This document shows positions 48,303 through 59,432 of a stretch of DNA of 64,000 bases, in pieces. The position numbers and the translations under genes were made by a program. Below the pieces are notes generated by a model. It was not told the origin of the DNA, did no database searches, and was given only the letters and a program-made list of their open reading frames with translations. Source of the DNA: an uncultured Pseudobdellovibrionaceae bacterium (lineage in GTDB: Bacteria; Bdellovibrionota; Bdellovibrionia; Bdellovibrionales; UBA1609). Numbering within the stretch: position 1 is the stretch's first letter; every line of letters begins with the position of its first letter. Location: positions 922,403-986,402 of the forward strand of contig CAWDNU010000004.1 in NCBI GenBank assembly GCA_963803705.1, in the 5' to 3' direction.

Positions 48303-51098
48303 ATGAGTTCAGCTAAGACCGAACAGGCTACTAAAATTAACGAGTCGAAAAAAACAATTATAAATTCGATATTTAAGAGAGCTCACTATTTAGCCAATCA
48401 GATGATTTATCAAGCAAACAATAGAAAAGATAAGCAAAAGGGCGACCCTAAAGTTGGCGGCCACTCTTCAGGGAGTACAAGTTCAATTCATATTTTAGGA
48501 ACCCTTCATTTACTTTCTAAAACAGGTTTTGATCATATTGCCAATAAGCCCCACGCGTCGCCTGCCGACCATTCTTTTAACTATTTACTGGATTTGTTTT
48601 TGAAACCAGATCTTTCAAAATTTAGTTTAGAAGATTGCAACACAGCTATGATGGGACTACGTGCTTTTTCTAAAAACGGAGAACCTGTTTTTCAGTCTTA
48701 TCACTCTGCTTGGGATTCTGATAATCATAACTTTTTTCCTTCAGGCACAGTGGGAATTCCACCAGTTAAGGCCGGATACCTAGCCTTAGCTTACAGATAC
48801 GCCGAAAAACATGGTTACAAAGTTCCAGATGCCCATTTTTGGGCGGTTATAGGTGATTCTGAATTCAGAGAAGGCTCGTTGTTTGAAGCTGTTCCTGACT
48901 TTGCGGAAAGACAAATTGGAAATCTTACATGGATTGTCGATTACAATCGCCAAAGTTTAGATGGTCATAGAATAACAAACACAGACGCTTTAAATGGGAC
49001 TGACGCTAAGCGGATAGATGCAACAATGGCAGCTAACGGTTGGGAAGTGATTCAGGTTCAGCACGGCAGAAAAAGAAAAGCGCTTTTTAATCAGCCTTCA
49101 GGTGAATCTTTTAAAAATTGGTTTGAAAACGAACTTACTGATTACGATTTGCAAACATTGCTACTAGTTAAAAAGCCAGAGGATTTGAAATCTAATTTAT
49201 CAAAAATAAAATCTATTGAAAAATTCGTATCAACCCAGTCAGCCGAAGCACTGGTAGAAAGTCTTAAAGATATGGGCGGACATGATCTTGAAGAACTTTT
49301 TGAGGCCTTCGAGAAATCTAAAAAATCGGCAAGCAGACCCACTATAATCATTGCTCATACAATAAAGGGCTGGGGTCTAGAAATGGCTGCTACAAGCGGT
49401 AACCATTCTGCTTTGCCAAGCCAAGATGAAATGGATTCACTGAAAGAAAAATTAGGTTTTAAATCTGACGATCTTTTTGAACGATTTGATTCCAAAACCA
49501 AAGAAGGTCAGTTTTTAAAAACTAGAGGAGATCAGCTTTACTCAGAGATCTTAGAGCAGGAAAAAATCCGCAGCTCAAACCAAAGTATGTTCAAAGGTAA
49601 GGTAAGTGAGCTTCCAGATTCACTTGATATTAATTTGAAAATGGCAAGTTATCCTCATACACAGTGGATGTTGGGGCAGCTAACAGCAAAACTGACTAGA
49701 ATTGCAAACACCGAAGACAAAAAGACTTTAAAACCCATGGAGCAGACCCTAAAAACTGTTTCTGAACTAATAATTTCTATGGCTCCAGATGTGGGGACAT
49801 CAACTAATCTTAACCCGGCCATGGACGGTAAAATATTTAGTGCTTTAGACGTTGAAGACATTGAGACTCAGCGAGGTGTTAAAGATAAGAAGACTCCTGA
49901 TCTTATCCCCGGCGAAGATAACTCAGATCGCTTTCTAAGGTTTGAAATTGCAGAAGCTAATGTTATGTCTTGTGCAGGAAGTTTTGGCCGTTTAAGAGAC
50001 TTGTTAGGAATTCCAATCTATCCGCTTATGACCGTCTATGATTTTTTTATTAAAAGAGCTTTAGATCAGTATTTCTATAACATGTATTGGAAATCATCTT
50101 TCTTTCTAGGTGGCACACCTTCTGGTGTTACGCTTTCGCCAGAAGGTGCTCAACATGGATGGAAATCTGATATTCAAATCCCAAATCAAATCACTTGGGA
50201 GCCATTCTTCTGCCAAGAGCTGGATTGGATTTTTTGTGACGCATTAAAACGCCACTTTGGGTATGACAACAACGAACGAAATGGGGTTGTATTTAGGGGT
50301 GTCACTCGCGGAGTTGAGCAAAAAGATTTCTTAAAATATCTGAAAAGACAAAAAAGGTTTAAGTCTAACTCAGATGAACTTTTAGCTCTTGAAGGTTTTG
50401 AAGTTCAGGGAACTATAAATGAATCCCAGGTGAATTCGATTGATGATTCTAAGATTCTTGAAGTCATTCGAAAAGAAGTTCTGAATGGAGCTTACACCTT
50501 AATTAACTTCGAAGGCTATGGGGAATACATACCAGGTGACAATGTTGTAAACATTTTTGCTATGGGAGCCTTAGGCACCGAAGCTATTGAGGCTTCGAAT
50601 TCTCTTCTTAAAAAAGGCATTTACGCTAACGTTTATATTGTTACTTCCCCTGATTTGTTGGTTGGTCATCTGGGATACAAAAACGGTTTCGAACATCTTA
50701 AGAATGGTTTGGGTGTAAATTCAGATCTTTACTTATTTCCCAACGAGCAAACGAGCACTATAGCAGAAGCCCAGACATTTTCTGGACGACGTGTACCGAT
50801 AGTAAGCGTGCACGATGGCGAGGCAGGGTTGCTAGATAATCTTGGATCAATAATAGGTGTCAAACACGAGGCTTTAGCCGTAAGAAAGCATTCTAAATGT
50901 GGTACTCCAAAAGATATTTATAAGTACCACGGCTTAGATGCAGCGACAGTGGTGGAAGCCTGCGGAAAAGTACTATCCGAAACAGCATTAGAACAAGTTC
51001 AAATTTACATGAATGCCGGAAGCACGGTGAAAAAAGCTGAGCAATTTCAACCTAAGTTAAAAAAAGACCAAGTGGACTGGTCTGACTTATGGAACTGA
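48303..51098 (+). CDS. aceE: Pyruvate dehydrogenase E1 component (AceE-type)
   Basis: KVGGH, KPHASP, GDSEFREG, DYNRQSLDG, TIKGWG, TLSPEGAQH. Confidence 0.85.
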   Translation: MSSAKTEQATKINESKKTIINSIFKRAHYLANQMIYQANNRKDKQKGDPKVGGHSSGSTSSIHILGTLHLLSKTGFDHIANKPHASPADHSFNYLLDLFLKPDLSKFSLEDCNTAMMGLRAFSKNGEPVFQSYHSAWDSDNHNFFPSGTVGIPPVKAGYLALAYRYAEKHGYKVPDAHFWAVIGDSEFREGSLFEAVPDFAERQIGNLTWIVDYNRQSLDGHRITNTDALNGTDAKRIDATMAANGWEVIQVQHGRKRKALFNQPSGESFKNWFENELTDYDLQTLLLVKKPEDLKSNLSKIKSIEKFVSTQSAEALVESLKDMGGHDLEELFEAFEKSKKSASRPTIIIAHTIKGWGLEMAATSGNHSALPSQDEMDSLKEKLGFKSDDLFERFDSKTKEGQFLKTRGDQLYSEILEQEKIRSSNQSMFKGKVSELPDSLDINLKMASYPHTQWMLGQLTAKLTRIANTEDKKTLKPMEQTLKTVSELIISMAPDVGTSTNLNPAMDGKIFSALDVEDIETQRGVKDKKTPDLIPGEDNSDRFLRFEIAEANVMSCAGSFGRLRDLLGIPIYPLMTVYDFFIKRALDQYFYNMYWKSSFFLGGTPSGVTLSPEGAQHGWKSDIQIPNQITWEPFFCQELDWIFCDALKRHFGYDNNERNGVVFRGVTRGVEQKDFLKYLKRQKRFKSNSDELLALEGFEVQGTINESQVNSIDDSKILEVIRKEVLNGAYTLINFEGYGEYIPGDNVVNIFAMGALGTEAIEASNSLLKKGIYANVYIVTSPDLLVGHLGYKNGFEHLKNGLGVNSDLYLFPNEQTSTIAEAQTFSGRRVPIVSVHDGEAGLLDNLGSIIGVKHEALAVRKHSKCGTPKDIYKYHGLDAATVVEACGKVLSETALEQVQIYMNAGSTVKKAEQFQPKLKKDQVDWSDLWN

Positions 51099-51236
51099 GG
51101 CTTTAAAACTGTTCGCTCAAAATTGTAAATGGCTTGAGCCTGTTTAGAATTTGATAAAAAACAATCTCTTTTGGTTGCCCTTCGTTTTGAAATTAGGATC
51201 GTTAAATTTTCTGTTAAGCTGCAGAAAACAGGACCA

Positions 51237-51887
51237 CTATTTCTTAAACGCTAGAGTTAAACCTTCAGCGGTAGGTATCAATGCTGAAAAATAATCAGGA
51301 TGACCAGCTATAGTCTGGTTGAATTCCCGCATCACCTTCCAAGCTTGTTTGTGATTTGAAGGCTCTTTGTCGCTAAAAACTTTTCCTAACAAAAACGTGT
51401 TATCAGCAATAACTAGCCCTCCCGATCTTAGATTTTTATCCGCCCAATCAAAGTAGTCCAGATATCCTGACTTGTTGGCGTCAATAAAAACCAGATCAAA
51501 AGGACCTTCTGCTTCAATCTCTTTTAGCTTATTTGAAGCGACACCTAAAAAAATGCTTAATCGATTTGAAGCAATATGGGCTTTCAAATTCCGGGATGCC
51601 ACTGCGTAAGCAGTTTGGTTTTTTTCAACAGACCAAAGCTTACCAGTTTCGGGTAAGCTTTCTAAAAGCCAAGACGTCGAATAGCCGTAAAGGGTGCCAA
51701 TCTCTACAATCTTTCGAGCCGAAATCAGTCGAGAAAATAGTTTAAGCATTCTGCCTTCTGTCGCTGAAACTTCGATTCCGCTTTTGCCACTTTCTTTTAA
51801 GGCTTGAAGAATTTGAAGCCTTTCAATAGGCTCATTTTCGAAAACTTTTTGGATATAAGAATCTGCTTCAGAAATTGTGGTTCTCAT
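51237..51887 (-). CDS. SAM-dependent O-methyltransferase (CCoAOMT/COMT-like)
   Basis: EIGTLYGYS, FDLVFIDANK, GGLVIADN. Confidence 0.9.
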   Translation of the reverse strand: MRTTISEADSYIQKVFENEPIERLQILQALKESGKSGIEVSATEGRMLKLFSRLISARKIVEIGTLYGYSTSWLLESLPETGKLWSVEKNQTAYAVASRNLKAHIASNRLSIFLGVASNKLKEIEAEGPFDLVFIDANKSGYLDYFDWADKNLRSGGLVIADNTFLLGKVFSDKEPSNHKQAWKVMREFNQTIAGHPDYFSALIPTAEGLTLAFKK

Positions 51888-52542
51888 AGGTCAGTTGGTA
51901 GCATTACTGGATAGTAAGGGCAAATAGAAGAACTACCCAAGCTCATACCTACAATGCTAAAGCGTGGAAAGTTTAAGGTTCCTAACCATTTGATAGCCTC
52001 TTTGATGCGGTGGTGTTATATGGAGGCGCTCAAGGAAAAGATATTGGAAGAAAAAAACTAGTGAAAAAAACTAGGCCCAGTGAGCTCATCCAAGTGCTAT
52101 TGAAAAACCGCTTTAAATATCGGGATTATGTAGCCTAGAAAGTTATGCATAGTTTTCTGGAAGCATCTTAAAAATTACACTAAAAACAAAACCTTGGAGA
52201 TTAAAAGCAGGCTCTTAGCTTTGGATAATGAATGCAGAGAGTAAAGTGATGCTTGCTGAAGAAGAAAAGAAAAAACTTGAAGCATAACCTGCTTTTGAGG
52301 ATTCAAATTCGATAGACGACTCGACGTTATTACTAAAAAACTTTTGAAGGTCCTGAAAAAAACTTTTGATGCGCCCCCAACTCTTACTATGTTTTAAGAT
52401 GTTTAAATTAGTCAGAAACTTACTTCAAGGACTTTTAATATATATGTTCGTTTTTGCTACCATTTTAATACAAGCCAAAATAAAGAGATCCGTTGAGCAC
52501 ATTCAACGGTTCTCTTTATTCACGAGGATCAAGGGGTTTCCC

Positions 52543-52986
52543 TTACATTAACCAAAAAATTTCATCCATAGAGTCAGAAATTCCGCCGCACGTTTCTTGG
52601 TACTCAGGTAAACTCTCAGAATCTTTAAGTAAATTTTTCATAAATCTGGCACTTACAAAGATTTTATTAATGGTATTTAAATAAGCGTCAGAAATTTTGT
52701 TTAATGCATCCTCACCAACTAGTATCTTCGTTTGATCATGTGAAACATAAAGAATTGAGCCTGAAGTTAAAAGAAAAGTACCTCCAGGGATATTTCTTCT
52801 GACATTTATATCGTCTACAGTAGCTAAAGTACCCAATTCATTAAACGGCAAACCTAAGGTCTCGCCATGTGTTGCATCCCAAATTTTACACGAAACAATT
52901 GCTTTTACCGCCCTTTCATTAAGAGTGTCGGCCTGTGATATCCATGGTAAACTAAATACTAGTATTAAAAGCAAAAAATTTTTCAT
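52543..52986 (-). CDS. Hypothetical exported protein
   Basis: GGAGG SD; signal peptide MKNFLLLILVFSLPWISQA. Confidence 0.7.
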   Translation of the reverse strand: MKNFLLLILVFSLPWISQADTLNERAVKAIVSCKIWDATHGETLGLPFNELGTLATVDDINVRRNIPGGTFLLTSGSILYVSHDQTKILVGEDALNKISDAYLNTINKIFVSARFMKNLLKDSESLPEYQETCGGISDSMDEIFWLM

Positions 52987-53021
52987 AATCGTAATCCTCC
53001 ATTAGGTTTAAACTTAAGAGC

Positions 53022-53038
53022 TGCAAACTACATGCTCA
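53022..53038 (-). promoter_or_regulatory. Variant sigma-54-like promoter
   Basis: Minus strand TGAGCATGTAGTTTGCA, AG-N10-GC, about 36 nt upstream of ATG 52986. Confidence 0.35.
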
Positions 53039-53309
53039 AGACCTAATCTCAGAGATGAAACAGTTCTTTAGAGGTCAGATCAAAAATATGATACTTTGGG
53101 ATCTCAAATCAAAAAGACGAGGGTTTGAGTAAGCCGATCAGGAAACATTAAGCCTGAATTTATGACATGACAGTCAGATTTTTTTACACCCCGGTGACAA
53201 AAAACAATTTGCGGCATTTCACCGGTCGTGCAAGCTCATACCTAAAAGGCTTTAATTTAATCAGTTGCCCAATCATTTTTCACCCAAGACAGATCTGCTT
53301 GGTTTGGGC

Positions 53310-53325
53310 TGGTCTACCAATTGCA
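53310..53325 (+). promoter_or_regulatory. Sigma-54 promoter candidate
   Basis: TGGTCTACCAATTGCA, GG-N10-GC, about 30 nt upstream of ATG 53355. Confidence 0.5.
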
Positions 53326-53354
53326 GTTAAGGTTAACATCCTAGGGGGGATCAG

Positions 53355-53981
53355 ATGAAACTATCGATTATTCTAATAACGTTCATGTTAGCATCAGTAT
53401 CAAGCTTTGCAGCCTTGAAGTCTCAAGATGAGACGAAATTAATCGAGGCTAAGCCTAAATCTAGTTTAAGTGCTAATAAAGAGCTTATAAAAAATCTTTT
53501 ATCGGGCATGGACTTTAAGGTTGAAGACGCTTTAATCGCATCTGCCAACACTGACGGACCAAATACAACCTACAATATTACACTACGTTTAGTGGTTGCT
53601 GATTCTAGTGGTAAAACTACAGAAATAGATTTGTTTGAATCAGACAGCTTTAACACTGACGAAGGCTACGTGGTCATAGGCAAAGAGTTTCACGTTAATG
53701 GTTCAACGATGTTTAAGACACTAGATCCACATATTAACATTATCGAGCGTGCAACTAGCTTAGACCTAGCGGTCAGCTTAAATAAAAGCCTGCCTTTAGC
53801 TTTAGCTGACTCTAGTTTGAAAAAAACTACAGCTCAAACCCATAGTACGATCTATTCTACCAGTGTAAGTTTCAACAATTCAAAAAGCAGCTTTAATCAA
53901 GAGATTGACCTTCCAGAGTCTTTTAGTTACGAAGAAAATTCTAATATTAATGATTTAGGTTTTGGTCTGTTTTTTAGATAA
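53355..53981 (+). CDS. Hypothetical exported protein
   Basis: Signal peptide MKLSIILITFMLASVSSFA. Confidence 0.7.
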   Translation: MKLSIILITFMLASVSSFAALKSQDETKLIEAKPKSSLSANKELIKNLLSGMDFKVEDALIASANTDGPNTTYNITLRLVVADSSGKTTEIDLFESDSFNTDEGYVVIGKEFHVNGSTMFKTLDPHINIIERATSLDLAVSLNKSLPLALADSSLKKTTAQTHSTIYSTSVSFNNSKSSFNQEIDLPESFSYEENSNINDLGFGLFFR

Positions 53982-53997
53982 TACAGGAGTAAATGAC

Positions 53998-54210
53998 ATG
54001 GTTCGAGAGGGCACAGAAGTTGAATGGAGCTGGGGTGATGGAAAAGCCACAGGAACCGTTAAAGAAATTTTTAAAAAAGATGTTTCCAGAACTATAAGCG
54101 GCACGAAAGTTAATCGTGAGGCATCAGACACAAATCCAGCTTATTTAATTAAGCAAGAAGACGGCCAAGAGGTTCTAAAATCCTCTTCCGAAATTAGCCA
54201 AAAAAGTTAG
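53998..54210 (+). CDS. DUF2945 / Hva1 Tudor-like small protein
   Basis: GTEVEWSWG.G.A.G.V.E....V.R.I.G..V.R......PAYLI pattern; AGGAG SD. Confidence 0.75.
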   Translation: MVREGTEVEWSWGDGKATGTVKEIFKKDVSRTISGTKVNREASDTNPAYLIKQEDGQEVLKSSSEISQKS

Positions 54211-54443
54211 TTTATAAACTTTTAAATCGTATATTTGCATTTTTAATAGGCAATTTTCTAAGCTAAAACTTGATGTCTATGACTTCTATATAAATTAAGT
54301 TATAACATTTTACTTATAAGTGCTGTTTAAAATAGACTTATAAGCTTAACTTTTATCAAAACTACCAAGCCAAAATATAATAATTAGTAGAAGGTAGATT
54401 TAAAAAGTAAGCTAAGTAACCGTTTTAGTAAGGAGACCCTTTG

Positions 54444-56174
54444 ATGTCTAATATTATTGAAGTCAAAAACCTCGCCGTAGATTTTAAGACAGATGATGGT
54501 TTAGTTAAAGCAGTCAAAAACATTAGCTTCAATATTCCACGGGGAAAAACAATTGGACTTGTCGGAGAATCTGGATCTGGCAAAAGCGTAAGCTCATTAG
54601 CGATAATGAGGCTAATTGCATCGCCCCCAGGTTTTATATCTAACGGTGAGATTTTATTCAATAACGAAAACCTTCTAACTAAATCAGAAGACGAAATGCG
54701 AAAAATCAGAGGAAAAAAAATCTCGATGATTTTCCAGGAACCGATGACTTCCCTAAATCCAGTATTTACTGTTGGAGATCAAATTTCTGAGAGCTTAATT
54801 TTACATGAAGGCTTATCTAAAAAACAGGCTTGGGATAGGTCAATTGAATTGCTTCATAAGGTCGGCATACCTAACCCTGAGCAACGAATTTCTGCCTATC
54901 CTCATGAAATGAGTGGGGGTCAACGTCAACGTATAATGATAGCGATGGCTATTGCATGTTCGCCCGAGCTGTTAATAGCTGACGAACCCACGACGGCATT
55001 AGACGTAACTATTCAAAAGCAAATTTTAGATCTTATAGCAGATTTACAAAAAGAATCTGGAATGAGCGTGCTATTTATCACCCATGATTTGGGCGTTATC
55101 GCTGACATCGCTGACGAGGTGGTCGTTATGTACAAGGGTGACATTGTTGAAAACAACACTTGCGAAAAAATCTTTGAAGACCCTAAGCATCCTTACACTA
55201 AGGGCTTGCTAGCGTGTAGACCTTCTTTGATTTCGAATCCACATCGACTACCCATGGTTTCAGACTTTATGACTTCAGACGGGGTAGAGATTCCAAATAG
55301 CTTTGATGTAAAAAAAGCTGACAAGTACACTCGACCTATCACTGAAGAAGAAAATCCAGTGGTCCTGGAGATAAAAAACTTAGAAAAACATTTTCCAATT
55401 AAAACTAATTTCTTAGGTCAGACCACCGAATGGCTTAAAGCAGTGAATAAAGTTTCTTTGAAAGTTAGAAAAGGTAGAACGCTTGGTCTTGTTGGCGAAT
55501 CTGGCTGCGGAAAAACCACTTTAGGTCGCACAATACTTAGATTGATCGAACCCACATCCGGAGATATTTCATACAAGGGAACGAAGCTAAATGAGCTAAG
55601 TAAAAATAACATGCGAGCCATGCGAAGAAAGCTTCAAATTATATTTCAAGATCCTTACGCTTCACTGAACCCAAGAATGACCATTGGCTCTGCGATCATG
55701 GAGCCTATGATGATTCATAAGCTTTATAACACTCGAGCAGAACGACAGCAAAAAGCCGCCGAACTGATTGAACGATGTGGACTGTCTGCAGATTTTTTAA
55801 ACAGATATCCTCATGAATTTTCTGGTGGACAACGTCAACGAATTTGTATCGCAAGGGCGTTGGCGGTTCAGCCTGAATTCATTGTTTGCGACGAATCAGT
55901 ATCTGCTTTAGATGTTTCGGTTCAAGCTCAAATTCTAAATTTGCTTTTAGATCTTCAAGATGAATTGGGCTTAACTTATATATTCATTTCTCATGATCTA
56001 GCTGTAGTTAAATTTATCTCTGATGAAATTGCAGTAATGAACAAAGGTGAAATTGTTGAAATGTCTGACGCTATTTCAATATATGAGCGACCTAAGGATG
56101 AATACACGAAAAAGCTTTTATCAGCTATTCCCAAAGGTATACCAAAAACTATGTTGGATCCGGTTCAAATTTAA
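54444..56174 (+). CDS. Peptide/nickel ABC transporter ATP-binding protein with two fused NBDs
   Basis: GESGSGKS and GESGCGKT, two SGGQRQR, ADEPT and CDESV. Confidence 0.95.
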   Translation: MSNIIEVKNLAVDFKTDDGLVKAVKNISFNIPRGKTIGLVGESGSGKSVSSLAIMRLIASPPGFISNGEILFNNENLLTKSEDEMRKIRGKKISMIFQEPMTSLNPVFTVGDQISESLILHEGLSKKQAWDRSIELLHKVGIPNPEQRISAYPHEMSGGQRQRIMIAMAIACSPELLIADEPTTALDVTIQKQILDLIADLQKESGMSVLFITHDLGVIADIADEVVVMYKGDIVENNTCEKIFEDPKHPYTKGLLACRPSLISNPHRLPMVSDFMTSDGVEIPNSFDVKKADKYTRPITEEENPVVLEIKNLEKHFPIKTNFLGQTTEWLKAVNKVSLKVRKGRTLGLVGESGCGKTTLGRTILRLIEPTSGDISYKGTKLNELSKNNMRAMRRKLQIIFQDPYASLNPRMTIGSAIMEPMMIHKLYNTRAERQQKAAELIERCGLSADFLNRYPHEFSGGQRQRICIARALAVQPEFIVCDESVSALDVSVQAQILNLLLDLQDELGLTYIFISHDLAVVKFISDEIAVMNKGEIVEMSDAISIYERPKDEYTKKLLSAIPKGIPKTMLDPVQI

Positions 56175-56218
56175 GTTAATTCAAATTGAATCCAATCCAA
56201 TTTGCATAAGGCATAGAT

Positions 56219-56710
56219 TTACTGCTCAACCAAATTCTTAACCGTAGTTTTTAACATTTCAACGTCGAAGGGTTTTTTTATGTATGCTTCGGCACCTAAG
56301 CTTAGACCCCTATCTACATCTTCTTTTGACCCCAAACCAGAAATAAGAACTATAGGAATTTCTTTTAAATCTTCATGACTTTTTAGCACTCTAGTTAGCT
56401 CTAAACCGTTAACCCAAGGCAGCCCAATATCCAAAACAATTAAATCTACACTGTCTTTGCTGAAAACCTTTTCAAGTTGAGTGCCATCTGCAGCGCTGAT
56501 GACTTGATAGCCCTCGAATTCAAAAAGCCTTACCAAAGCTTTTCTCATGGTCTCGTCGTCGTCTACGACTAACAGAGTTAGCTGCTGTTTTTGTTTGTTT
56601 TTTAATTTTCTGTATTCGTCCAAAGAAACCACAGATTCGCTGGCGATTTTTTCTTTTGTGATTTTTTCTATTTGGTCTACAAGGCTCTGGATATTAATCT
56701 TTTTATTCAT
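56219..56710 (-). CDS. Single-domain response regulator with N-terminal extension
   Basis: LVVDDD, LDIGLP, ISG, KKPF. Confidence 0.88.
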   Translation of the reverse strand: MNKKINIQSLVDQIEKITKEKIASESVVSLDEYRKLKNKQKQQLTLLVVDDDETMRKALVRLFEFEGYQVISAADGTQLEKVFSKDSVDLIVLDIGLPWVNGLELTRVLKSHEDLKEIPIVLISGLGSKEDVDRGLSLGAEAYIKKPFDVEMLKTTVKNLVEQ

Positions 56711-56807
56711 TCAATAAGGCTATCAAGCACAGTGGTCTTTAGTCATCACGACTTTAGGAGCATTTTTAATAAAATAAAAAGACCTCTTACAATCTTGGTT
56801 TGCAGCG

Positions 56808-57749
56808 TTAAAGGCCTTTATCATCCAGCCACCTTTCCGCATCCATAGCAGCCATACATCCTGTACCTGCGGCAGTGATAGCTTGACGGTAAACGTGATC
56901 TTGAACATCACCGCATGCAAACAAACCCTCGACTGACGTATAGGTGGAGTCAGGCTTAGTTTTGATGTAGCCTTGATCATCCAGATCAACTTGTTCAGAG
57001 TCAAAAATATCTGTATTGGGTTTATGACCAATAGCTATAAAAACGCCTTCTAATTCTAAATCTTTGGTTTCTTTAGATTGATTATTATAAATACTTACGC
57101 TTTTAACCATTTTACCGTCACCATTGATGTCTTTGAGCTCGGAGTTCCACATAATTTCGATCTTTTCGTGCTCTTTCACCCTGTCTGCCATAATTTTCGA
57201 TGCCCTGAAGTCTTCTCTTCTGTGGACTAAATAAACTTTGCTAGCAAACCTTGTTAAAAATAAGGCTTCTTCCATGGCCGTGTCCCCGCCGCCAACAATA
57301 CAGACTGGGACGTCTTTAAAAAAAGCGCCATCGCAAGTCGCACATGCAGAAACTCCTCGTCCTAAATATTTCCGCTCAGCAGGCAAACCTAGATATTTAG
57401 CACTTGCTCCGGTGCTAACAATAACTGTTTCAGCAGTCCATTCTTTATCTCCAACAAAAACTTTAAAGGGCCTTGAAGTCGTATCGATTTTAGTTACGTT
57501 AGATGCAACCATACGTGTTCCAAAGCGTTCAGCTTGTTTTTTAAATAAAGCCATCATGTCTGGGCCCAATACACCGTCAGGAAATCCTGGAAAATTTTCT
57601 ACATCTGTAGTTGTGGTAAGTTGTCCGCCAACTTCTTCTCCTTCAATCATAAGTGGTTTCAAATTAGCTCGAGCAGCATACACTGCAGCTGTGTAGCCTG
57701 CAGGTCCTGATCCAATAATAATAACTTTTTCGTGAGACTGAAAACTCAT
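56808..57749 (-). CDS. trxB: Thioredoxin-disulfide reductase
   Basis: GSGPAG, CATCDG, GGGDTA, HRR, GDVQD..YRQAITAAG. Confidence 0.97.
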   Translation of the reverse strand: MSFQSHEKVIIIGSGPAGYTAAVYAARANLKPLMIEGEEVGGQLTTTTDVENFPGFPDGVLGPDMMALFKKQAERFGTRMVASNVTKIDTTSRPFKVFVGDKEWTAETVIVSTGASAKYLGLPAERKYLGRGVSACATCDGAFFKDVPVCIVGGGDTAMEEALFLTRFASKVYLVHRREDFRASKIMADRVKEHEKIEIMWNSELKDINGDGKMVKSVSIYNNQSKETKDLELEGVFIAIGHKPNTDIFDSEQVDLDDQGYIKTKPDSTYTSVEGLFACGDVQDHVYRQAITAAGTGCMAAMDAERWLDDKGL

Positions 57750-57889
57750 AATTAATCACCTTTATTTTACTTAGATATTTAAAACTTTACTTAACATGAT
57801 TATAGTCTATATGTGAATTGTCTGCAGCGATTATATTTTAGTAAAAAATTTTTATTTTTTGGCCGCAGGCAATAATTCACTGACAAACT

Positions 57890-58552
57890 TTAAAGTTCCA
57901 ACTGAGAAAATATCTCTTTTACCACATCTTTAACATCTAAGATGTCTTGGTTGGAACTTCTAGGTGCTGATCCCAGTGGCAGCAAAGTTGTGTTCATATA
58001 TCCAGGGCTGATGATTTTAATATTTATTGAACCAGGAGTTCCGTTTAAAGATTTGATCAGCCCTTTCATGGCCCATTTAGCAGCCGCATAAGACGGACCC
58101 AAAGAATCACCTTGGTCGGATTCTGCGATAGCTGATCCGATATATAAAAAAGTAAAGGGGGACTGAACTAGTTCTTTAGCGTCTTGGTTTCTTTTTAATA
58201 TTGACCAAATCAACTTTGCTGGAAATAAGAAATTTAGTTTTAATGCCCACTCGTGATCTTTCCAATCCTTTGCTTCGTACTTGCCGTGCGGCCCTCCGCC
58301 AGCACAGTAAATTAGGTAATTAGCTTTAAAATTCGAAACATCTGTAAGCAGCTCTTGATAAAGTTTTTCGTCTGAATAGGCCTGTGTAAAATCAAATGAT
58401 TTAAATTGATATTTATTAGTGTTTAAAAAATCATTAGAGTCATGTCTTGAAAGTCCTAAAACAGACTTAACTTTAGATATGTTAATTAAAGATTTAACGC
58501 ATTCGTGCCCTAAGCCTTTGTGCGAACCTAGCACTATCACCTTAATAGACAT
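57890..58552 (-). CDS. Short-chain dehydrogenase/reductase
   Basis: LGSHKGLG, CAG, YAAAK, PGYMNT. Confidence 0.8.
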   Translation of the reverse strand: MSIKVIVLGSHKGLGHECVKSLINISKVKSVLGLSRHDSNDFLNTNKYQFKSFDFTQAYSDEKLYQELLTDVSNFKANYLIYCAGGGPHGKYEAKDWKDHEWALKLNFLFPAKLIWSILKRNQDAKELVQSPFTFLYIGSAIAESDQGDSLGPSYAAAKWAMKGLIKSLNGTPGSINIKIISPGYMNTTLLPLGSAPRSSNQDILDVKDVVKEIFSQLEL

Positions 58553-58554
58553 TC

Positions 58555-59352
58555 TTAGATCCTTAGCATTTGCGCATAGAAAATAGGTTGGCCCTTTTTC
58601 AAAAAAATCTTTTCGAAATGTGTTTCAAAATTACCCTCAGCGAATTCAGAATTGTGTAGGTCCTTGGTGAATTTTATTATTTTATATTTACTAGATTTTA
58701 AGATAGGAGTGACCCACTCGAAATAGTCGGCAGAATCTGTTTTAAAATCAAGAATGCCGTTATTTTTCTGGATTGAATAAAGCTTGTCTAAATATTCTGG
58801 TTGCAGCAGTCGATGTTTTATCTGCTTTTTTTTGGGCCACGGGTCAGGATGGTGAATAAAAATGTCAGTAAGTTCACCTTCATGAAATAGCTCTTCTATA
58901 TTATAGGCATTATACCTCATCATAATAGAATTCTTAACCTCAGAGTATTTGTAAGCCCGTCTAATCGATTGTATCAAAGGCTTAAACTTGATCTCAATGC
59001 CTAAAAGTAATCGATCAGGATTCGTATTCGCTCGGTGGGCGAAGTGCAAACCATTACCTGTTCCAATTTCTAAATCAACAGTTTTAAACTCAGAACTGGT
59101 GGCCGCTTTAGCTGATGGCCTGTCTTGCTCTATAGCTCCACCACCCGACAAATTTTCGAGGCTATTACCTTCTACGCCTAAGGCTTCGGAGGAGTGACTT
59201 TTGTAAAATTTTGCCCACTTTCCTTTAAATTTTGGAGCCCGCTCTTCATCCAGTGCACAATGTGAAAAATCTTCCAAAAGCATTTTTACGAAGCGATTGT
59301 TATCGGAATTAAGGGTCTTGGTCGGAGTTAGTTGGCTTTTACATGCACTCAT
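58555..59352 (-). CDS. trmB: tRNA (guanine-N7)-methyltransferase
   Basis: LEIGTGNG, GIE, PDPWPKKK..KHRL, KTD, THFE. Confidence 0.92.
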   Translation of the reverse strand: MSACKSQLTPTKTLNSDNNRFVKMLLEDFSHCALDEERAPKFKGKWAKFYKSHSSEALGVEGNSLENLSGGGAIEQDRPSAKAATSSEFKTVDLEIGTGNGLHFAHRANTNPDRLLLGIEIKFKPLIQSIRRAYKYSEVKNSIMMRYNAYNIEELFHEGELTDIFIHHPDPWPKKKQIKHRLLQPEYLDKLYSIQKNNGILDFKTDSADYFEWVTPILKSSKYKIIKFTKDLHNSEFAEGNFETHFEKIFLKKGQPIFYAQMLRI

Positions 59353-59432
59353 AAAAGACAGGTAGCAAAGGGATTTAAGCTTAGCAACTCATTATTTCAT
59401 TAACTTTGTAACTAATCTGAACTAACTTAAAA

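Noticed and set aside
51960..52330. Possible decayed gene on the + strand
   Set aside because: Purine-rich and coding-like but riddled with stops, with no recognisable motif.
53130..53230. Riboswitch or ncRNA (small hairpins TCAGG/CCTGA and CCGGTGA/TCACCGG)
   Set aside because: No recognisable consensus such as the c-di-GMP-I motif; hairpins alone are insufficient.
51938..53244. 14-bp direct repeat CAAGCTCATACCTA at 51938 and 53231 as att sites
   Set aside because: A few 14-mer matches are expected by chance in 64 kb of AT-rich DNA; no integrase or tRNA nearby.
59085..59200. Low-complexity insertion in TrmB as an intein or mobile insert
   Set aside because: Only about 35 aa, in frame, with no intein terminal motifs; probably a variable loop.
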